64,000 nt of DNA, from NCBI GenBank assembly GCA_964542475.1, contig CAZIUL010000003.1, forward strand, positions 19,826 to 83,825. Direction: 5' to 3'. Position 1 is the first letter of the stretch. Each line of letters opens with the position of its first letter. This document shows positions 56,236-64,000 of the stretch, in pieces. The position numbers and the translations under genes were made by a program. The notes beneath the pieces were generated by a model. That model had not been told where the DNA came from and did not search any database. It worked only from the letters and a program-made list of their open reading frames with translations. This DNA is from an uncultured Phycisphaerales bacterium. Lineage in GTDB: Bacteria > Planctomycetota > B15-G4 > CAYZWU01.

Positions 56236-57485
56236 ACCTCGCTTTTCATTGCCTGGTCGATGTCGCGTATCAGGTCGTCGACACTTTCCACTCCAACCGA
56301 GATCCTTATGAGGCCGGGTGTGATTCCCACCTGTTTCAGAATGTGGCTGTCCACATCCGAGTGAGTCATTGTCATCGGATGTTCGATCAGCGTTTCGGTG
56401 CCGCCCAAACTCACGGCAAGTTTTGCAAGCTTCACGGAGTTCAGTATTTTGAACGCGGCCTTTTTGCCTCCCTTGACCTCGAACGCGATGAGCGATCCCG
56501 TACCGGTGCACTGTTTTTTGTAGATATCGTGCTGGATATCACCCTGTCGGAGAAGCCCGGGGAAATAAACCTTTTTCACCATCGGCTGATCCGACAGCCA
56601 ACCAGCCAGAAGCAGTGACGACCGCGCCTGCTGCTCCATCCTGATCTTTAATGTCTCGAGTGAACGAAGCATGAGCCACGACGCAAACGGAGGGGCCATG
56701 GTCCCAAGGATCGTCCGGTATGCCTTGACCTGGCTCACCAGCTCTTTTCGCCCCAGGATCGCCCCCGCGATAAGGTCCGAGTGACCCCCGATAAACTTGG
56801 TGGCCGAGTAAATCGAAAGGTCGGCTCCAAGCTTCAGGGGTGTCTGGAAGACCGGCCCGAGAAAGGTGTTGTCCACGACGAAATGGCAGGGCCTGTCCTT
56901 TTTTGACAGCCTGTCCGCCATCTTCCTCGCTGCGGACAGGTCGGTGAGTTTCATGTTGGGGTTGGCCGGCGTCTCCACGAAAAGCATTTGCGCCTTCCTT
57001 ATGCCCTCCTTCCTGATCCGCTCGCAAAACCGGCTTCCCGCGTCGATCGGTATTGCTTTTATCTTGAACCTGGGAAGGATGTTGTTGAAGAGGAAATCGG
57101 TCCCCCCGTAAACAGGAACCGAGTAAACCAGGGTGTCCCCGGGCATGAGCAGTGAAAGGCACACCGTGGAGATGGCAGCCATGCCGCTGGCAAAGGCAGC
57201 GCTTTCCTCGGCGCCCTCCCAGATGCTGAGCCTCTCCTCGAGAATCTCGAGAACCGGATTGTTCAGGCGCGAGTAAATCAGGCCCTGAGGATGCTTTTTG
57301 GTGCTCTTCTTCATGCCGTAGGCAATCTTGAAGAACTCTTCCCCATCCTCGGCGCTTGGAAACGCAAATGTGGATGTCTGAAAAATCGGTGGCTTTACCG
57401 CGCCTTCCGACCAGAATGCGTTGTACCCATGGCTCATCATGAGCGACCAGGGCTTGAACTTCTTCCAATCCTTCGAATCGGGCAT
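56232..57485 (-). CDS. PLP-dependent transsulfuration-family enzyme (cystathionine gamma-synthase/beta-lyase / methionine gamma-lyase type)
   Basis: YSATKFIGGHSD is the PLP-lysine motif. The start at MPDSK is preceded by the RBS gggagg; the ORF-track start (MGGGTM) translates that RBS. Confidence 0.8.
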   Translation of the reverse strand: MPDSKDWKKFKPWSLMMSHGYNAFWSEGAVKPPIFQTSTFAFPSAEDGEEFFKIAYGMKKSTKKHPQGLIYSRLNNPVLEILEERLSIWEGAEESAAFASGMAAISTVCLSLLMPGDTLVYSVPVYGGTDFLFNNILPRFKIKAIPIDAGSRFCERIRKEGIRKAQMLFVETPANPNMKLTDLSAARKMADRLSKKDRPCHFVVDNTFLGPVFQTPLKLGADLSIYSATKFIGGHSDLIAGAILGRKELVSQVKAYRTILGTMAPPFASWLMLRSLETLKIRMEQQARSSLLLAGWLSDQPMVKKVYFPGLLRQGDIQHDIYKKQCTGTGSLIAFEVKGGKKAAFKILNSVKLAKLAVSLGGTETLIEHPMTMTHSDVDSHILKQVGITPGLIRISVGVESVDDLIRDIDQAMKSEV

Positions 57486-57525
57486 GGTTCCGCCTCCCAA
57501 CGTTATTGAATTGCAAGGGCGGGAA

Positions 57526-57545
57526 GGGCGAAAGATTTTTCGCCC
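57526..57545. repeat. Repeat family B hairpin (GGGCGAAagatttTTCGCCC)
   Basis: It lies between the thioredoxin stop and the start of the PLP enzyme gene. Confidence 0.6.
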
Positions 57546-57558
57546 CCACAGGCCTTCT

Positions 57559-57873
57559 TCACGCCCTGCTCACCAGGTCGTCGAGATCCGTGTCCCTTTG
57601 CACACCCACCGACCTTGCGACCTCTTTTCCCTTGGAGAACAGTATAAGGGTCGGGATGCTGGTAATGCCGAACTTGGTGGCCAGGGCGGTTTCCTTTTCC
57701 ACGTCTATCTTGGCGACCAGCGCCTTGTCCTCGTTCTCGGCGCTCCAGCCCTCCAGAACCAGGCCCTGGTGCTTGCATGGTCCGCACCAATCCGCCCAAA
57801 AATCAACGAGCACGGGCTTGTCGTGGTTATCGATGGTGCTCTGAAAATCAGCTTCCGTGAGTTCCTTGGCCAT
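57559..57873 (-). CDS. trxA: Thioredoxin
   Basis: WADWCGPCK is the active site. The product is 104 aa from MAKEL. Confidence 0.9.
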   Translation of the reverse strand: MAKELTEADFQSTIDNHDKPVLVDFWADWCGPCKHQGLVLEGWSAENEDKALVAKIDVEKETALATKFGITSIPTLILFSKGKEVARSVGVQRDTDLDDLVSRA

Positions 57874-58326
57874 GTTGTCCTCTCCTTTACATTTCATTCA
57901 TTCGAATACGATCATTCTCGGTTTCCGGCCGCGGGGAATGGATGCGCTCCGGCGACTGTTGAATCCCGCACGCCGAAACATCGTCCATGATCATTTTCTC
58001 CTCTTCTCTCATTTTTCAACGAACTCTTCAAGAGATTTCCGCCGAACCTTGCGATCCTTGTCATTACCCTGTCAGCTCCGAAGACTATTAAGTAGATGGA
58101 GAAAGAATCAGCAGGGGATGCTGAATGAAAAATATGTTTCCTCTTCGCGGGGAACTTTTCGTATCTATATGAATCAAAAAAAGACCAATTATTCCGGACA
58201 GCCGGGCATCCGCTTTGCCCGGGCTTGTATCCTGCCTTGCGAGGAGCGCCCTCTTGTACGCATGGCATCGAAAAACATCCACACGTCAAATAAGCAATAA
58301 GGTTTCCAATCAGGGAGGACTGAAAA

Positions 58327-61300
58327 TGATCCCAGCGTCAACCCATTTTCGTATTCTTGCGGTCCTGCTGTTTTTCGCCGCGGCAACAACCGGCTCGGCT
58401 TCGATCCCGGCCGCACCCGCCTCAGGAGCGGAGCTGCCGGACACGGCGCCTTCGACCGAGCTGTCCTCCGCGGAAGATGCGCTCCTGGAAGGAAACCTGG
58501 AAGAAGCGGTCGGGCTGCTTCAAAAGGCCGCCCGCGGCCCGGACCGGGAAAAAGCGCTGTATCGCCTCGGCTCGTGCCTGCTGCACACCGGGCGCGCTCA
58601 AGAAGCGCTGACAGCTCTCGATTCATGCCTCGCGGAATACAGGGGCGGAACCTTTTTCAACAAGGTGCGCTTTTTAAAGGCCCGGGCCCTGGATGTGCTC
58701 AGGCGCTACGAGGATGCGTCCCTGATCTACGGGGAAGAGATCTCGCGCCTGCTCTCCAAGGAAAGGAAAGAAGAGGTCGCCCGTTTCTACATAAAGTACG
58801 CCGGATCCCTGGCTGATCCCGAGCGCGAGGGCGGGCCCGAATACAAAAAAGCGGTGGAGCTCTATCGGCTCGCTCTCGATCTCGAAGTGCCGGAGCCGCT
58901 CGATCAGGACCTCCGCCTGAAGATCGCGGATCTGTTCCACGAGATGAAGCAGTACCAGGAGGAGGACGATGCCCTGAGCAGGTTCAAGATACTCTACCCG
59001 GACAGCAACATGAAAGACGAGGTGGATTATCGCATTGGGGACGCCAGGCTGGAGCGGGGACGGCTCCCCGAAGCCCGCAACGCTTTCCGTGGATTTTTGC
59101 GCGACCATCCTGAATCCACGAGGGTGCCGGACGCACACCGCGGAATAGCCCGGACATACCACATGCCGGAACCGCTCAACGAACAGGAGCTCACCCTTGG
59201 AATCAAGGCGCTGGAAGACTTTCTCGCGATCGCCCCGAAAAGCGAGAAGGCGCCCTGGGTCCATTACGATGTGGGAAAAGCGTACTGCCATCTTGGCCGG
59301 TACGACGAGGCGGTGGCCGCCTACGAGAAGCTGCTGACCAAATACGAGGGCAAGCCCGGAATCGATGTGCTGCCCGATGTCCGCTTTCATATGGGAGACG
59401 CGCTATTGAAACAACGCCGCTTCTCGAAAGCGCTTTCCGCGTTCAACACCTTTCTCGTGGAACACCCCTCCCATCACCTCTGGGACGATGCTCAGCGCCT
59501 CATTGTTGATACCGAGTTCGCCAGGTGCATCGATCTCATGAAGGAAAAAAAGTACGGTGAAGCCCGGGATGCGTTCGGGACCTTCTGCATGAAACACCCC
59601 TTGGACAGCAGGGCCCCTGATGCCTACTTCGCGCTCGGCGTTCTCGAAAAGGACAGGAAAAACTTCAAGGCCGCTGTCAGCGACTGGAAGAGGCTCGTGT
59701 CCAAGTATCCGAAGACTCACCGGGGCTCGGAGGCCCAGTTCATGATCGGCCGCCTTTACGAGACCGAGCTTATGGATCTCGAAGCCGCGCTCGAAGCCTA
59801 CAAAAATGTGAGCGGGGATTACCGGGCCGAGGCCAACATGCGCATCGCCGCCATGAAAGCCAAATCGCTGAAAGTGGTCATCGAGCGGGCTTTCACCACA
59901 TCCGAGCCGGCCAAGGTGAAGATCACCACAAGGAACATCGAATCGCTCAGCTTCAGGGCGTACAAGGTGAACCTCGAGGATTACTTCCTGAAGCACCTGA
60001 ACACGAGCAGGGTTGAAAGCCTTGACATCGACCTGATCCAGCCGGACGAGAAATGGGAATCCGCAATAGAGAAGTACAAGGAGTACGCAGAGATCACGAG
60101 GGAGGAAGAGCTTCCCTTCGAGGAGCCAGGCGCGTACATCCTGAACGTGAGCGACAAGGAGAGATCGGCAACCGTGCTCGCGCTGATCACCGACCTTCAG
60201 ATGATCGTGAAGTCGGGGCGCGAGGACGTGCTCGTGTTCGTTGAGAACGTCCGAACTCAGGAGCCTCTCGATGGCGCCCGAATACTCGTAAGCGACGGGT
60301 GTAAAATGCTATTCCAGGGAAAGACCGGTGAAGACGGCGTGTTCCTGAAAGCGGACGAGAGCCTTAAGACGCTGAGCGCATTGAAGGTGCTTGTCGCTGC
60401 CGACAACGGTTTCGCATCGAACGAGCTCGGCCTTGCGGACATCTCGGTTGCAAAGGGATTAACCCCCAAGGCGTACCTCTTCACGGACAGGACCGTCTAC
60501 CGCCCGGGCAGCGAGGTAAGGCTGAAAGGGTTCGTGCGCGAGGCGGAAAAGGGCTGCTACTTCTTCGAAAACGATGCGTCCTACTCGCTTATCCTGCTGA
60601 GTCCGGCCGGTGCGGAAATTCTCATTCGCAAGGTGACGCTCGATCATTTCGGTGCGTTCGACACAAAGGTCGCCATCGATTCATCCGCGCCCACCGGCAG
60701 CTACAGGTTCATGCTCAAAGCGCCGACCGGCTGGTCGCAGCAGGTCACGTTTCCGGTGATGAAGTACACGAAGCCCAAAGCGGAGATCACGCTGGACATT
60801 CCAAGGGATGTCTTCTACCCGGGCGAAACGATCGAGGGAACCTTCAAGGTTCTCTACAGCTACGGAGAACCGGTGGTTGACAAGATGCTCCGTTACGGCT
60901 ACGGAACAGGCGTTACGATGGAAGAGGAGACCGATGAGAACGGGGAGGTGGATTTCAGCATAGATTCGCGCGATTTCGCTGAAAGCGGGGTTTACCCGCT
61001 CGTGGCGGAACTGCCCGCTGAGAACGCCACGCTCCTGAAGACCTTTCATTTTTCCACAACCGGGTTCAGCCTGAAAGCGGTGCCTTCGAGAGAGGTGCTG
61101 CTCGCGGGCGAGACCCTTACCGTGGAGGTTAAGGCGTCTGATCCGGGAGCAAAGCCGTGCGAGGCGGAAGCGGAGCTCCGGGTGATCCGGCTCGTGGAAG
61201 AGGAAGGCATGACATTCGAGCGCGAGATCGAGCGGATCCCCGTTGCCATAACAAAAGACAGCGGAAGCGGAACGGCAAAGGTTACACTCGACAAAGGCGG

Positions 61301-64000
61301 CTCCTACAGGTTCCGCGCCGCGGCCGCGGACCGCTTCGGCAACATGATCACTGCGGATTGCGAGGCCTTTGTCTCGGGCGAAAGCGACGAGAAGAAGCTC
61401 CGTATCTTCATGGACGACGTGGCGCTCGACGCCGGCACATCCGTTGAGGCGGGGGTTCACCTGCGGTGCCCTGAAAACCTCGTGCTCCTGACCCGGGAAG
61501 GGGAGCGGATCTTCGGATACGAAATAAGGCGCCTCCATGAGGGCATGAACAAGATCGACATCGATATAAAAGATCAGCTCGCGCCGAACTTCACCTATGC
61601 GGCCGCAGTCATGGACAGTCACCATTTTCACAAGGCCCGGATCGATTTGAAAGTCAGGTCCTCCCTGAAGGTCGAGCTCGAGCCCGAAAAGAAAGTGGCC
61701 CTTCCGGGCGAAAAGGTCGGCCTGAACGTGAAGATCACCGACAGGACAGGAAAGCCGGTTAAGGGCCAGGTGGCTGTTGCCTTGGTGGATTCGGCGCTGC
61801 TTTCCAGCTTTCCCGACGAGTCAACCCCGATCCACGAGTTCTTCTTCGGTAGGGAGCGCAAGGGCAGGATGAAGACGGATAGCTCCTGCACATTCGCGTT
61901 CGAGGCGAAAACCGTGACCATTGACAGGGCGGTTATCGAGGAGATGGGCCGGCGGGAGAGAGGCCTGATGGCGGGAATGGCGCTCGATTTTGAAGCGGAT
62001 GAAGACAGCCTGGTCATGGAGGAGTTCGAATCGATTCTCGACGCGCCGAATGTCGCCGGATTCGCAAAGCTGCTGGAAACACAAAGCCATGAGTTGCGCC
62101 CCGGTCCGGGAGGGCCGACATCTCCGGGGCCGGCTAGACCAAGAGGAGCAACAACCGGCGGGATGGCGCGGAAGAGAAGCTCCTTTGCCGTCGGGAAAGA
62201 GGATTTGGATCAGGAAGTTCTGCAACAACTGAAATCGCTCGGGTACAACGGTGGAGGAGGCGCCAGGCACAAGGATGCCAAACTAAACAAGTCGATCGGT
62301 TTAGGCGGCGGCGCAGGCGGTACGTTTCGCGGGCGGTTTAATGGCAAGGCGGTAAGCGGATCCGCCGGTTTTCTTGCGGGTAGAGGCCGGAAGGAAAGCC
62401 AAGGGTCAGCCGTGCCGGATGAAACGCGCAAGCGCTTCCTGGAGACCGCTTTCTGGAATCCTTCCGTCTTCACGGGGGCTGACGGCAGTGCAACGATCGA
62501 GATCGAGCTTCCCGACAACATCACGAAATGGACGGTGCTCGCAAAAGGGCTCGACAGGGATGCTGCCGGCGGCCAGGGTATGGCAGAGCTGAGTGTTCGC
62601 AAGAAGCTGTTCGCTTTTCTCGAATGCCCGCAGCTTCTCGTTGAAGGGGATACCGCCATCTTCAGGGCGAATGTCGTGAACAGCTCGGAAGAAAAAGCTG
62701 AGGCCGGGGTGACCCTAGAGCTCAAGGGCGCATGCGGATCCAAGGAGCTGACCGATGAACTTCAAATCGAGCCCGGCGCAAAAGGGATCATCGAGTTCGA
62801 GATAAAAGCGGAGAAACCGGGCACGATCAATGCCGCGCTCGCTGTTGAAGCCAGCGGCTTGAAAGATTCTCTCAAAAGCTCGATCGAGGTGATTCCTTAT
62901 AGCATTCCCGTGTCAGCGGGAATGAGCGGAAGCGAGGATGCGCCCGCCGTGATAAAGGTGTCCCTCCCCGAGGGAAAAAAGTACACGCACAAAACCATGG
63001 AAATCGTGCTGGGGCCCACCTTTTCCGATTTTCTGCTGCACCTGGCGACCAGGCCCGGTTACTCCTGCTGCCTGCCTACCGTTGCCGACACGGCTGACAG
63101 GCTACTCGTCAACCTGTACGCGCTCGACTATTCGAGACGATGCGGGAACACGGAGCAGCTACGCTCTTCGAACATCGAGCACAGGATCGAGGCTAGCCTG
63201 GCAGCTCTTATTCTCGCCCAGAAAAAATCAGGAGCGTTCCCATGGATCAGCGATAAGTATGATTCCCTGCTCGCAACCGGGCAGGCCCTGAAAGCAATGT
63301 CTTTGGCATCGCGACTCGGGTTCAACGTGCCGGAGAAGCACCGCGTGAAAGCCGCGGACTGGATAAAAAACCTTCAGCGCACCCTGGAGGGCGCTGAGAA
63401 GATCTTTTGCATCCACGCCCTTTCCTTCGAGGACAAGCCGGATTTCACCGAGCTCAACAGGTTCTATCGCACGAGAAACAGCCTGAGCAACAGCGAGCTC
63501 GCCATGCTGTCCCTGGCGTTTCTCGGAGGGGATCATGCGGACAAGGCGTCTTCTCTCGTGCGGATCCTGCTCGAAAGGGGCGCTTTCAGCGGGCAGTCGA
63601 GCGGTTCGCGATCGAAGGAGAAGATCGTCCAGACAAGCGCCCCCTGGATCGAAGACGACCTGTTCAGCCTCTCTGTTTGTGTTCAGGCTCTCTCGCTCAC
63701 AGAGCCCGGCCACCCGTCTCTCGAGAAGGGGATCAAGGAGCTCATGAAGAGCCTGACGTGTAAATGGCACTCAAGCCATGCCACATCCGCTGCGGCCGGG
63801 GCGCTTTCCGAGTACCTTTCGGGCGCTTCCCAGGAGCAGGCCAACTACGAGCTGGATGTGCTGGTAAACGGAACGCTCGTCAAATCGCTGAAGGTGAACG
63901 CGCCCTCGCCGGTGGAAAGGATCTACGTGCCCGAGGAGCTTATCAGCGACCGGGATAACAACGTGAAGTTCGCGTTCAACGGCGCCGGAACCTATGCCTG
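58327..64000 (+). CDS. Alpha-2-macroglobulin family protein with an N-terminal TPR array (partial; the ORF continues past the window end)
   Basis: The RBS gggagga lies 7 nt upstream and there is a signal peptide. TPR-like repeats are present (GRYDEAVAAYEKLL ...). The A2M_N_2 motif is RKRFLETAFWNPSVFTGADGSATIEIELPDNITKWTV. The TED region is YALDY...ILAQKKSGAFPW. The thioester position reads YSCCLPT rather than CGEQ. The frame is open for ~1890 codons to the window end, which is why it is missing from the supplied ORF track. Confidence 0.75.

Noticed and set aside
57857-58300. ORFs 57857-58300 (+) and 57912-58289 (-) in the trx/A2M divergent intergenic region
   Set aside because: They are mutually overlapping and lack RBS or motifs. 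More likely this is a 450-bp regulatory region.
58674-63770. Track ORFs 58674-59390, 59403-59996, 60681-61631, 61628-62017, 61821-62270, 62210-62743 and 63228-63770 (all on the minus strand)
   Set aside because: They are antisense to the long uninterrupted plus-strand TPR-A2M reading frame. High GC generates long spurious antisense ORFs, and none has a recognisable motif.
1-64000. CRISPR arrays, tRNA and rRNA genes
   Set aside because: I saw no regularly spaced identical repeats with unique spacers and no cloverleaf-type or rRNA-like conserved segments. The short dispersed repeats found are not arrayed.

Overview
This window is GC-rich (~60-65%) bacterial chromosomal DNA. The gene content is consistent with a Desulfobacterota/deltaproteobacterial-type genome; this is an inference from the sirC-hemC-cobA/hemD siroheme-route heme genes and from Wza/Wzc/LptD-type outer-membrane genes. 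I found no rRNA, tRNA, CRISPR array, integrase or transposase.

Features in order:
- A GT1 glycosyltransferase (16-1191).
- A ~4 kb island of clearly lower GC (~1560-5540). It carries a fully canonical Hanks-type Ser/Thr kinase with an uncharacterised C-terminal domain, a small ORF, and a STAND-like ATPase with a winged-helix C-terminus, and it has no mobility genes.
- sirC-hemC-cobA/hemD (siroheme/heme biosynthesis).
- A PhoD-like phosphatase with a long N-terminal extension.
- A ~20 kb exopolysaccharide/O-antigen-like locus. The forward-strand operon encodes a prenyltransferase-repeat protein, a zinc-ribbon SAM methyltransferase, an APH-like phosphotransferase, Wzx, GT1, Wzy, GT1 and GT2. 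The convergent reverse-strand operon encodes Wza, a Wzc tyrosine autokinase, a CpsB phosphatase and a 1245-aa ligase-TPR protein. Two small paralogous secreted proteins and an oversized GHMP sugar kinase are also part of the locus.
- arfB and a transaldolase-family gene.
- lptD, preceded by a 1043-aa membrane-anchored protein and kdsD.
- gpmI, an 862-aa secreted protein, an OmpR/histidine-kinase pair and a 1123-aa BNR/sortilin-like protein.
- fbp, a nucleoside deaminase, a transsulfuration PLP enzyme and thioredoxin.
- A TPR-alpha-2-macroglobulin family ORF that runs off the window end. It is absent from the supplied ORF track; I translated it by hand.

Three families of short dispersed intergenic repeats are present: 10-bp-phased ATCCGT direct repeats, a GGGCGAA/TTCGCCC hairpin, and a GGCGCCG-N6-CGGCGCC-CTCCAT hairpin.

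The most interesting candidate for an undescribed system is the lower-GC kinase / small-protein / STAND-ATPase island.
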